DNA from: Girardia tigrina
Lineage: Eukaryota
Length of the DNA: 64,000 bases
NCBI GenBank assembly: GCA_001938485.1
Contig: MQRK01217099.1
Location: 7,127 to 71,126 of the forward strand
Direction of reading: 5' to 3'
Below are positions 1-12,000 of the stretch, piece by piece. The notes under the pieces are model-generated. The model made no database searches. It was not told the origin of the DNA and worked only from the letters and a program-made list of their open reading frames with translations. Position 1 is the first letter of the stretch; each line of letters opens with the position of its first letter. The translations under genes and the position numbers were made by a program.

Positions 1-89
1 ATTAAATTAAATTAACAGGAAAATTTGTTTTAGAAATGTGAATTGTTATATTAATAAAATTTTGGTGTTTAAAAAAATGAATTCGGATA

Positions 90-1459
90 TAGACGTTGCA
101 ACCACTTCTCACAGATACATTGTTGTGGCTTCCAAATTTAGTGACTTCATCCAGGCTCGGTAGGAAGTTTATGCAGTTGAAGTCATATTTGTGCTGCAGA
201 TTGTCGTATTTAGATACTCGTGATTTGACAATATAGCATACTTGAAGCACATGATGTCATTATTTTTTACATTAATGCATGCTTCTTTCTTGAATATCCA
301 TTCAGGAAGCCGTATATAGGAGCAGCCTCTCATTGGGGAATATTTATAAACATGAATTATCAATTTGATTAACGGATGCAAGAGTCCATCCACTCTTTTT
401 TTCCTTGCTCTCATCAGCTTCCTTCATTATCTTGGCATATTCTTCATTGAACCAGTTCATAATATCATCGGATTCTAACATTGGTCTATTTTTGGTCTTG
501 AAGGCTCTATGTGATAATTCATCATCAACATTGGTGAATGTTGCCTCCAATTTAATGTTGACTTTGGTAGCCTTGAAATCAACCATATTGTCTTGTAGAA
601 TCTCCATGGTTTCCTTCTTGGAATATTCCAGAAACTCATAGAGACTTGTAACCTTGCTGTCTAGGCTGCCTAGGTTAGCCTGGGGAGACTTGATAACATA
701 TTGACGTACTTTGTTATTCAATGAAGCTTTATGAATTGGTCTCTGTCTTGAGCTTTTTGATGGAAAATTTATGATGTTCGTATCATTGGCACGTTTTGAT
801 GAAATATTTGCAGCCTTGGCAGCATTCGAAACAGGTATCTCCATTGGAATATTTGTAATATTTACATGTTTTAAGGGAACTTTTATCGTATTTGAAAGAT
901 TATTCTCAATTGGGACATTTAACACATTCTTCTCAATCGGAACATTCGAAACATTTAGTGGTGCGAGAACTGGATACATTGATGATGGGAAAATTGTCTT
1001 CTTGGACTTTATTGAAAAGTCACTCAAATGGTCCATGTGGCTATCATAAAATTGATGATAGTCACCACTACTTGCATTTTGACATACTGGACAAATGTAA
1101 TACTCACATCTATTGAACGCATATCCATAGTAGCGCTGCATTGTATCATGACAAATTTGTGGATTGTGAATATTTGCCAGGTAACATCTGTATAATGGAC
1201 ATTGTTGAATTTTCGTAGGAATTTTCTCTTGAATCATCTTTGACATAATTTCTTTGAATATATTCTTTTTAGATTTGGTGAAAGGAACTAGATGTTGTTT
1301 ATGGTCATTGTAAAATTCTTCAAAACTAGTTCTGTACACTGACTCACATGTTGGACATATAAAATATTCTTGTGAAGAGAAATTGTATCTGTAGTATTGT
1401 GATAAATTTGAATTCTAAAAAAAATTATTTTTTTACAGAGCTGAAAAAAAACTCACCAT
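90..1459 (-). pseudogene. Polinton/Maverick-type protein-primed DNA polymerase B gene, N-terminal part, with two frameshifts; ATG-only first exon plus 42-nt intron (1415-1456)
   Basis: Joining ORFs 344..1339, 169..414 and 2..250 gives KSGWTL..(fs)..YSPMRGCSYIRLPEWIFKKEACINVKNNDIMCFKYAILS..(fs)..RVSKY..DFNCINF...KF..NNVSV, the motif string found upstream of invertebrate Polinton pPolB. ATG|gtgagt...ttttag|AAT is in frame with the long ORF. Confidence 0.75.
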
Positions 1460-2184
1460 TTTCTTAACAGGATTTTGAAATAATGATAGATGTCTGATTA
1501 GAAATTTAAAATATTGATTAAAATTCAAATTTGAAATTTAAATTTCGTTAAAATAATGAATGATATTATAATGAATGCAATTTTGTTGACATGAATGATG
1601 CATACAAAATACATGTTGTTATGTTTGCTGTCTAGAAAGCCTATGCATGTTTTATGTATTCCATAGGATTTTATATATAAAATTAAGGTTATATCAAATG
1701 GTTACGGTAACCAAGGTGCTTTGATAATTGATGTCTTGGTTCATTTACTTTACCAGATCATGCACATGTTATGTATAATGTATATGCACGTTTTAAGTAC
1801 AATATGAATTTTATAAATGTAGATTTTACATATAATATAAAAGGTTATTTATCTTGGTTACGGTAACCAAGAAACTTGTAATTGATGATTAGGTATATTA
1901 GGCAATTCATGAGGTATTTTTTGATGGTAAACAACATACATATATGATAGGGGTTTCAGATATATTCGAAAAAATTGATTTTTGAGATATTTTTTAAGAA
2001 TTTCCAAAATGTTCGAAAATATTGATTTATCAGCACTTTTTTGAAAATGTTGATATGGAATCTGAATGTACGTATATTGGTTATTATTCAAGTGCATGAG
2101 CACTTTTTTAATATTTTGCTTCCTTGTATTTCTAAAATCGATGTGCATTTTATGTAAATTTAAATTTCTAGGGTGTTCGGAACC

Positions 2185-2313
2185 GTTGCTTTGGTAACCG
2201 GAACCTTTGCTGTCTAGGGCTAGGGTGATCAGGACTGTTTTCATGCTAACCGCGACCGTTGCTATGGTAACCACGACTATTGCCATGGTAGCCGGAACCA
2301 CTACCATGGCAAC
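2185..2313. promoter_or_regulatory. 21-bp-periodic array of RFX X-box-like palindromes
   Basis: GTTGCTTTGGTAAC (2185), GTTTTCATGCTAAC (2237), GTTGCTATGGTAAC (2258), ATTGCCATGGTAGC (2279), ACTACCATGGCAAC (2300). Confidence 0.55.
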
Positions 2314-3974
2314 GGGCTACCCCCCGGGGGGAGGTGGTAACGAACATGCATTTTACCCCTACTTACACAACAATTGTGTTACCTGACTATGACATTCTAA
2401 ATACATTTGAATATATAGAAGTACTTATGTCAAAATCGATTTTTCAATGGCAGGGTGAACGTTTTTGAAAAGATGCAAATAAGAGTTAATTTCAAGTTTT
2501 TTAAGTAAAAGTTCATCAAACTACAGAACAGAAGAATGGGGTTGAAAAAAAAGCCATAACCCTAATATTCATTCTTCCAGTTATAAAAAAAATCATTAGT
2601 TTATGAATAGTTCACGAGTTACTTTGATAACAAATTTTAAATTGTTGAAAATGCAGAAAAGTAACAATAAAATTATAACACATTAATTTTCGATTAATTT
2701 CATTATTGCTATACTTACTGGAGAAAATTTTAGATGATTGACCGAATTTTGAGGCATATCTGCTTTTAATTAAATTAATTAACTTTACTTTTCTTTAAGA
2801 ATGAATGATATTGTGGATATTGATTGGACAGAATATTATTGAACAATTGATGAAAAACAGTTTTAAAATGATTAGTTTAATAATAAATAAGTAAATTAAA
2901 ATTTAATATTAAAAATTCATTTTGCAATGACATTTGAGAAATTCTTTGCTGCTGGCCGGAAGGATAATTAAAAATTGTATATAAAAACTGTTGATTTGTT
3001 TTTGTTATAATAAAATGTAAAGTAGTGGAAACTCTTCACATTTTTTTCTCAATAAAAATAATCAATTTAAAATTCAAATGACGAACATTTATTGTAAATC
3101 TCTACTTTAATCTCTACTTTACGTTAAAAGCTATGAAAAAAGAACCCGATAATCTTTACGAATTCGCTGTAAACTATTTTCGAATGCTATTGAAATTTCA
3201 TTTGGCCGAAGTACAAAAATCGTCATCGTTTTGTTGTGTGTATTGGAAAAATAAAGATTTCGTTGATATTGCTGATTTAATTGATGAATTTAAATGATAA
3301 AAGTTCTTATGGGGAGAAATTATCGGAACAGATTGAGCGTAACAGTGAATCATTGGGATTTATGAAAGAAAATGCCCAAGGGTTAGAAAATCAGATATTT
3401 TGTGTCGCGATAAAAAAAATTATGATCGTGAAGCGACTGGTCAGACTGTCGGTGATTTAATGATAAATAAATTCTATTTTAACTGTTTCGTTCGATTTTA
3501 ATTCATATCGAGAGAATGGTACTTTATTTTGATAATTTCCTGAAGGGACTGAGACGATAAAACCATGGCGACAAAGGATGACTACTACGAATCTACTCCA
3601 TCTCTGCAATCACCTACTTATATATTTTGAAGTAGCATAGCATTATAAAAAAATATTTATCCTTTTTTATAGTTAGAACTTTGTTTTTAAATATTTTAAA
3701 TAATTTGTGAATTTAAATAACATCTTCATCAAGGAACATAATTTTTAAAACGAAATTTAATCTTCCTTGTGATAGGAAGCCTGGCCTCCATCGAGAAGAA
3801 TGTTTTGAAAAATATTATTAATAAAAAAATTTTTTTATAAAAACAACCACGTTTTTCAAGCATCACCAATGCACTAAAAGGAGGAAAATAATTTTTTTCT
3901 AGACATGTGAGAAATTTTATACCTNNNNNNNNNNNNNNNNNNNNNNNNNNNNNNNNNNNNNNNNNNNNNNNNNN

Positions 3975-4510
3975 TTTTCTCTTTACTGCTTTTTAGTAAC
4001 AATCGATCATTTCTATGCCCCACGTTTTTGGTTAGGTATAAAATTTCTCACATGTCTAGAAAAAAATTATTTTCCTCCTTTTAGTGCATTGGTGATGCTT
4101 GAAAAACGTGGTTGTTTTTTAAAAAAATTTTTTTATTAATAATATTATTTAACTATTTTTAGTTATTATTTAGGAATTTTTTTTTCAAAATTTTTTTTAT
4201 CAAATTGTATTGTCATCGGAAGCAAGCCTGTATAAAACTTCATTCATGAAAATAAACGAAAAGATTGCTATTTAATACAGTGTATAAATTTGTAGATAAT
4301 CGTAAGTGGTTTTTTGCAAAAAAAATTAGAAAAAATTATTTTTTTTCAAAAATTTTTTTTATCAAATTGTATTGTCATCGGAACCAAGCCTGTATAAAAA
4401 AATCAGCTCAATTGGATGACTAAAAGTGGTCGAAAAATCGATCGCAAGATTTACAAACAAACAGACAGACAGACGTACAAGAAAGTAAGTTAAGAAAAAC
4501 GTGGTAATAA
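3975..4510 (+). mobile_element. Non-autonomous Helitron/Helentron-like interspersed repeat with internal tandem duplication
   Basis: Duplicated ~60-bp unit (about 4178 and 4340); aaatcagctcaattgg...(ACAG)n microsatellite...aagttaagaaaaacgtggtaat 3' architecture. Confidence 0.35.
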
Positions 4511-5264
4511 AATACCACACACTGAAAAAATTTAAGTATATTCGAGCATATAAGTTGTTATTTTGATATATTTCAATGCATTTGTACTATATGCAAACAA
4601 AGTAATGGTAGACATTTGATATTTTACAAATTTTTTATTAACTTTTATAGGGACTACTTTTTGTACCTTTCACTAAATTAGTTATAGATTTAGTTATAAA
4701 TTACTGACAAAAAATTAGAGTTCAAATAATCGCCCATTATAAGTCTTTAAAATAATATATCTTTTGATGAAAATTTTTCATAGTCATTTTAGTTTTAGTT
4801 ACTTTACTTTTATTTAGTAATTTTTATTTAAGAAAATAATAAAAATATTTTATATACTTAAATCTTGAGTAAATAAAATAAATAATGAAAAAATATGTCT
4901 ATAGGAAATTTGATACTTCAGTTTAAACTACATTTCTCAAATCCTATTTTGGTTTTATTTAAATAAATAAATTCATTAAAATGTTGATATTTTTACATCA
5001 AAATAAAGATAATTTAATTTATATATAAAAAAGTTTTATTCTTAATTAATTCCATAAATTTTATGTACCTCCTATTCAATTTTCCTCGGGTTGTATTAAA
5101 ACAAGGATAATTATATTTAAATGTTACTAAATACGCTGAAGCGACTTGATGGGGCTTGGTCATGTAACTGTCAGTAAAACGATTGCGGAATTTTGATTTA
5201 ATTTAATTAATTTCTAGAAAACCATCACATAAGTCAATGTTGATCTGAATATGCAAGTCTTATG

Positions 5265-5431
5265 AGTAGGGAAAAAATTTGCATTCTCCCCCATGACCCC
5301 CAGATGAGAATCCGTTACCATCACATTGGGTACCATAGCAACGGTCGTGGTTACCATGGTAACGGTGGCGATTTTCATAGTAAAGGTTCCGATTCCCCTA
5401 GCAACGGTTCTGATTACTATAGTGCCCTACT
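5265..5431 (+). mobile_element. 167-bp mini-element, AGTAGGG...CCCTACT, homologous to the Polinton-like terminus
   Basis: Same start and same 21-bp X-box repeat units as the reverse complement of 2185-2363; flanked by TATG on both sides. Confidence 0.55.
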
Positions 5432-6469
5432 TATGTTGTGAATATTTTTATGTCTTTTATTTTTGTGATAAATTTTATTCCTGGTTTAATGTACAAATGT
5501 ATTTTTTTTAGTTTGACCATGTAAAACAGCATGTTATTTTTTTTTAATTCTTTTTGTCAAGTCTAAAAAGTGATTTATTTATTTATTCTTTTTTAACGCA
5601 AGTAAGAAATTAAATGATCAAATAAAGAAAATTTAAAAGAAGGTAAAAGAAAGAAAGAAAGTTAAAAATCAAAAGAAAGGAAGAATCTACTGAATCTACT
5701 GGAAAAAAATTCAAATGAATTTATTTTTAATTATTTTATGATNNNNNNNNNNNNATGGCTAATCTAATTCGATATTTATCCGTTAGCTCGTTAGGAATCA
5801 TTTCTAATTCAGTGAAGCAGTTTCAAACATCAACTGTCATACTTTGTCTAAATCTCGATATACAGTTTTCTACATTTAAAGAGAGTTTGTCAGTTTGATC
5901 AACAATAGTTCGTGTCATATAAAAATTTTGGAGACTCAAAAGACTAAAATCAACGGAAGATTCGCTTTATACTCATCATCTTTCTGTAATTAATCGGATA
6001 TACATTATATGACGGTAATTCATACATAATATGAATTAAAAATTAAAATCGATCACAATAAACGATAATAATATTATGTCGATGGAATAGCTGCCAAGAC
6101 TGCCACTATCCTCAAATTCTGTTTCGAACAACATTTAAACAGTTGAAAAAACAACGACAGTTACCGACGAATTCTTCGAGCCTTTTGACAATTATTAAAC
6201 GGTTTACCGATCAACGACATTTACCGACGATTTTTTGAGCTCTGTATTTATTATTTGTATTGTTACGGTTAATTCAATTTATTGTTTAATCTAGCTTCTT
6301 ATTTTTTGAACGACTAAACAGATTCACCTGACCACATTTTAGCGCGGTTAATCTGTTTAGGATTTTATCATTTAATTTTTTTTGTGTGAAGGGAAAACCC
6401 TACATCCTTGTTAGAAGTAATAATTTCGGTTTACCTACAATTATTGTTAGTGGAGCGAAATTATTATAT

Positions 6470-6915
6470 CAACAATTACCTTAGCAACGGCTCCAATCAT
6501 CATAGAAACGCTTTTATGATGAATCATAAAATCACCGAAACAACCTTAAAATAACGTTGACAACCATCGAAAACACCTTAAATTACCTTGACAACCGTCA
6601 CCGCGACCTTAAAAATCATCAAAACACCTTAAAATCACGTTAACAACTGTCAAAATCACGTTACCGACCATCGAAAACACCTTGACAACCATCACAGTTA
6701 CCTTAAAAATCATGAAAACAAGTAAAAACCATCAAAATTTCACGAAAAGGTGCAAATCAATACTAGACATGTGCTAATCAATACTTGCACAAGTGTAAGT
6801 GGCCAATTTAAAAACCATCAAGGTCAGAAAAAAGTGCAAAAAGTGCTAATCAATACTGCACTGTGCGGCACACGTTCTAATCAATACTGCACATGTGCAA
6901 GTGTGCAAAATCATT
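6470..6915. repeat. Degenerate ~21-bp tandem repeats followed by GTGCTAATCAATACTGCAC repeats (probable Polinton subterminal array)
   Basis: caattaccttagcaacggctc-like units decaying into accttgacaaccatc units; four copies of the (g/t)taatcaatact core at about 6750-6900. Confidence 0.55.
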
Positions 6916-6990
6916 AAATTCAGAATTGTGTAAAGTGCAATTATAATTGTGATATATTTATTTTTTTTAATATAAAACGCAAAGACAAAA

Positions 6991-7312
6991 GTGTTGACAA
7001 GTGAGCAATTTAGCGAGTGGTTTCAGTCATCAGTAGGAGTAAGACAAGGTTGCATGGTTTCACAAACACTGTTCAACCTTTTCCTTGAGAGAATTGTTAT
7101 GGAAGCAATAGACGATCTAGACGATGTTGGAATAATCTGCGGAAGAAAAAGAATAACCAACCTACGATTTGCTGACGACATTGACCTAATCGGTAAAGAT
7201 GAGGCAGAGATTCAGGAACTCACGAATAGATTACACTAAGCGTCAAAAAAATTTGAAATGGAAATCAACAGACAAAAAAACTAAATAATGGTTTCAGGAA
7301 ACCAGGATCAAG
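6991..7312 (+). mobile_element. Non-LTR (RTE/CR1-like) reverse transcriptase fragment
   Basis: GVRQGC..S.TLFN and NLRFADDI motifs; in-frame stop. Confidence 0.88.
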
Positions 7313-7934
7313 AAAGACCTGCACCCGATGAAGACATTGATTTGCGTATGGTGGGATTGGGTAGGTCTAATCCCTTGGGAAATGCTTGAAAAGAACCTGA
7401 CAGTAGAAAAGAATCTCTATAAAGCCCAATTGCATCGAGTCAATGAGGCAATTCAACAAAAAAGACCGGATCGACAAGGTCAGGTGATCCTCCTCCATGA
7501 CAATGCTCGATCACACACCACAAAAACTGTCAAGATGGCACTCCAAGAGCTTGGTTGGGAGGTCCTTCAACATCCTTCCTATTCCCCAGACCTCGCCCTG
7601 ATGGATTACCATCTCTTCCGCTGCCTTTCATATGAAATGAGGGGTCTTAGCTTCGAAAATCAGGATCATCTTGCGAATTTGGCTCAACAACTTCTTCGAG
7701 ACTCGACCTAAGGATTTCTGGCGAAATGGAATCAACAAACTGGTGGAAAGATTGTAAGGAGTGAACAATGAAGGAGAGTACATAATTGATTGAAGTGTTA
7801 TTATTTTTACTGTTAAAATTTTATGATTTCATTAAATATATAATTAACTGAGTCATTATTTTGGTTGTTAAAATTCTTTGATTTCTTTGAAAATAAATGT
7901 TTAAAAAACGGCGGGAACTTATGCAACAACCCAA
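7313..7934 (+). mobile_element. mariner (DD34D) 3' half with right TIR
   Basis: CVWWD, HDNARSH, YSPDLA.MDYHLF motifs; TIR ...cgggaacttatgcaacaacccaa-TA. Confidence 0.9.
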
Positions 7935-9002
7935 TAGATCCATAAAAACAGTATCGATTTTATTTTCATTAACAAGAGAGGTTGATGTTGATTGAATGAA
8001 GTTGTGCTTCATCTTGATAAAGAATAGGATTCTCCATTAATTCATTTAAAGTTCTTTTAGCAGTTGATATGAACTCCTCCCTTCTCACAAGAGTAGATTT
8101 TGAAGACTGTAGCTGATTTGATAAAACAAACAGAGAATGAAGACCACCAGCTTCTGATGATAAGTCACCACCACCTGCATAAATTTCTTGCAAGGTGATT
8201 AATATTGATTCCAAAAATTTGATTTTTGATACAATCCACTTCTAGTTGGATGTACATTTCGTGTTGTCACACCAGATTCATGTCTGGTCCATCAAGAAAG
8301 TCTTGAATTGCTTTAAATTTTCTGAGGTTCTTCGGATGGTTGTAGAGGAACCAACTAAGGTTGCTTAGGACATAATTTGCTAAATTTTAAACTTTAAGAT
8401 AATTTTTAAATAAGTATTTAGTTTTTATGATATTTTTACTTTACTTTTGAATTTAATTTTTTTTAACTTTCAAATTAAAAAATAATGAACTATTTTGGCG
8501 AAATGTAAATTTAAATTAACAAAAATTTCTTTTTTCATTTTGAGGGAAATTTGATCTTTAATTGTCTTTCTAATATGAAAAGTTTTATTATTTCGTAGAA
8601 TTATTATTAAAAATAATGAATTTGTGAGTTGGGTTGAATTTTTACAAGATTTTTAGATGCTTCATACTTTTGTCCAACTACCAGGCATGTTACATTATGG
8701 TTTAATCGGCATCTTTTGCTATTTTGTTTCTTAGTTGTAATTCATATTAATATATACAACTAACACTTACTACATTAAAAATTAAATAAGTGAACGATAC
8801 ACCGATGTTATTTGAAATGGATAAATTGAAAAACAAGAAAGTCTAAGTTTTTATATTTATATTAGTGACAAAATATTACATTTATTTTCAAACAAAATAA
8901 AAGGAATATCCAGCTCTAAAGAATAAATAAATTTTAGTACAATGAAAAACAGTTTTTCAAAAGAATGTTTTAATCTGTTCACCAAAAATTTGACCATTTT
9001 GT

Positions 9003-9068
9003 TTATGAGAACATTTCTTTGATATCTTTGAAAGATCTGAGCAATTCATCTGCAAATCCTTTTGAACT
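9003..9068 (-). CDS. CPT1: CPT1 terminal coding exon ([21 protein letters not shown])
   Basis: tag acceptor; matches the C-terminal helix pattern S..F...L...F.DI..MF; TAA stop; minus-strand AATAAA at 8881-8886. Confidence 0.85.
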   Translation of the reverse strand, partial: SSKGFADELLRSFKDIKEMFS

Positions 9069-12000
9069 CTAGTTTATAACTTATTTTTATTGAAACATGT
9101 TATTATAATTAATCAATTTGTTACAAAAATTATATCAATTGAATTTTTCTTTATTGAAAAATTTACAAGCGATATTTTGTTTTTATCATGCATAAATATC
9201 AACACACTTCGTCTGTCCATTTGCTTGCATCAAATATTGCAAATGATTTCCCCCGGTTCCTATTGTTCTATTGAACAGAAATTTCGTACAGTTGTGTAAT
9301 TAAGTAATCAATTTAGCAATTGGTAGCTGCAAATGTTTGGTTTGTGAGAATGGAAACGATCGCGTTAAATGTATTGCTGCTTCAATTTTATGAAAAATCC
9401 AATGATTTAATCATTAAAATGATTTTAAATTATTTTATAGTTCCGTATAATGTGTTAGTTTAATACATGTGTGGAATGGCCTGATGTTAAGATTATTATC
9501 TGAAAACGCGTTATCTTCTTATCCATACACAATTTTGATTTTCCCCTTCATTATCCTTTATTTATACATTAAAGAGAAAACTATTAAATTCAATATTTTC
9601 TATGTCAAAACTTTTGAATTTAAATATTTGTTTTCGTAAAATATACATTTTAAAAAATTGTTTTTAATGAGAGAATTAATATGAGAGAAACGATAAAGGA
9701 AATCGTACAAAGCTGTGTAAATTGTCAGAAGAGAAAGACCCTAACAACTAAAACAAAAGAGAAGCACATGAAACAATTTGCAGATGAACCCTTCCAAAAA
9801 CAGTATTGTGCACACTGACAGATTTCTGCGGACGGTTTAAAAGAAATATTAATGGATATCAATACATACTAGCGATAATCGATCAATTAAGCAGATACAT
9901 AAGTTTAAATGTCGTTGCCCATCAAGATGAGAAAATCGTAAGAAAAGTATTACTAGACAAATGGATTTGGAAATTCGGACCACCAAAAGAAATCCATGTC
10001 AATAGAGGAAAAACATTCGAATCAGCACTTTTTACAGACACAATGAATAAGTTTAAAGCTGAAATAGTATATTCCAGTCCCTACCACCACAATACCAACG
10101 TGATCGTGGAGCGACAATTCAGAACAATTAGAGATGCCATAAATATACGAATGAAGGATGAAACTAACAAATACTGGACGGAAATTTTGCCAGAGGTAGA
10201 ATTTATGTTAAATAACAGAATTCAAGCTACTATATGTGTCTTACCAGCGGAAATAATATTTGGCAGGAAGTTAAGACATTGGTGGAAAAATACCAAGGAA
10301 GAAAAAGTCCGGAAAGAAAAGAGCAAAAATGTAGTAGAGAAAAAACGAACTTTTCAAGTTGGTGACAAGGTGTTGATAAAGAGAGAAAACATAACAAAAG
10401 AAGAAGATCGATATATGGGTCCGGCAACAATAAAGAACCGTAGACACGAAAGAAGTTATGAATTGGAATTAGATGGTAGAATTTTGATAAGGAATGTAGA
10501 ATGGCTAAAGCCATTTAAATCGAGGGGGATGTGAGGAATATTTTTGGATGGTGTTTATTGTGTGTTGTTTGGTATGTTGTTTAAGGATTATGCTTTTCCC
10601 ACCCAGATGGTAGATTGATATTTTAAATATTTTAAAACGTCGGGTTGTTTAATCAATTATTAAAATTTAAATAATCACTTTAAAATTAAATTAATATTTC
10701 ATAAATAATATTTTAATAATATTTTCTTAANNNNNNNNNNNNNNNNNNNNNNNNNNNNNNNNNNNNNNNNNNNNNNNNNNTAAAATTTAAATAATCACTT
10801 TAAAATTAAATTAATATTTCATAAATAATATTTTAATAATATTTTCTTAAAATAAATAAAAATTATTTTAAATTTAATGAATAAATTATTTTTGTAATAA
10901 TTAAATTGTAATTTAAATTTGTTTGAATAATAAAACGTTAAAGAATTTTATTAAAGATTATCAATCAAGAACGATGACGAGTTACGCAAGTTTTACGGAG
11001 AATTGTTCTAGTAACAATTCAAATTGTGGTGAAAATAAATGTAAAGAAAATTCAATTAATGTTCTTAATAACGTTTTTTAATTAATAAAAGATTTTAACG
11101 TTTTATTTATTATCAATTTTTCAGTTTAAAAGTTTTTATTACCTAAAATTATTTTAAATACAAAAATATACAAGTTTAAATACAATTTGTTTTAAATACA
11201 ATTTAAATACAAAAAATAATTTACAGTATTCAAATTTTTATTATTATTACGATACATTAATGATAAAAGTTTTAATTTTAATTTTTTTACGAAACTGTTT
11301 AGAATTAAGTATTTGTCAAATCTTTAATTTGCAGAATTTTAAACTGACTTTAAAATTTAAAATTATCTGTTTTTTTTAATTTACATCTCTGGCAACAAAG
11401 TTCATTATTTTATTTTTTAGAATAACTTTTAAAATTAGTACAAACATAATTATCCTTATCTTTATATATTTCTTTTAAATCAATTATTTAAAAATCCATT
11501 ATTTCCCAATTAATTTCATTTTAATTTTTTACTCTACAATTAAAATTCGATTATTTCCGAAAATATCTTTTTAAAATTAATTAAGATATATTTTTTAAAT
11601 ATAGTTGCTTAGAGAACTTTTGATTTTAAATATTTCCTTATTTTAGAAAATTCTTTGTAAAAATTAATTGTTTCAAAAATTTTAAGAGTGAGCCTTCACA
11701 ATTTCATTACGTGCATCATGTGACAATGATGAAATTTCCACAAGAACATTTAGGTTTTTATGCAAACACTCGATTTAAATCTGGTACACTAGTAAATGAC
11801 ATTTTTTATAGAACTGAAGGCTGTTCGGGCAGGAAAAGCTCTTGTATATATTTACGAACAATATAAAGATTGGTTAAGGATTTTAAAGATGGAGCAAGAG
11901 AAACATTCGGCGATGAAGCTCGTCTTAGAATACCGCACATTTCAACAAACGGGGACTCAAAAGAAAAGGGGGAAGAAGCACTTTTAAGGTATCCATTTAT

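Larger units (their letters stand above)
1..2363 (-). mobile_element. Polinton/Maverick-like element end (terminus 5'-AGTAGGGG on minus strand at 2363)
   Basis: pPolB-type gene plus subterminal 21-bp tandem repeats, ending in ...CCCCTACT, consistent with the AG...CT termini of Polintons. Confidence 0.6.

Noticed and set aside
405-1116. Plus-strand ORFs overlapping the pPolB-type gene, and similar shadow ORFs over transposases and gag
   Set aside because: Antisense shadows of real coding frames, with no recognisable domains.
1858-2307. ORF with hydrophobic 7-aa periodicity (also 5326..5511)
   Set aside because: A by-product of translating the 21-bp terminal repeats; no other coding evidence.
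2185-6915. Periodic palindromic repeats as a CRISPR-like array
   Set aside because: No unique spacers (units are contiguous 21-mers), no cas genes, and eukaryotic context.
10661-10850. 70-bp exact direct repeat
   Set aside because: It flanks a 50-N gap on both sides, typical of an unmerged contig overlap.
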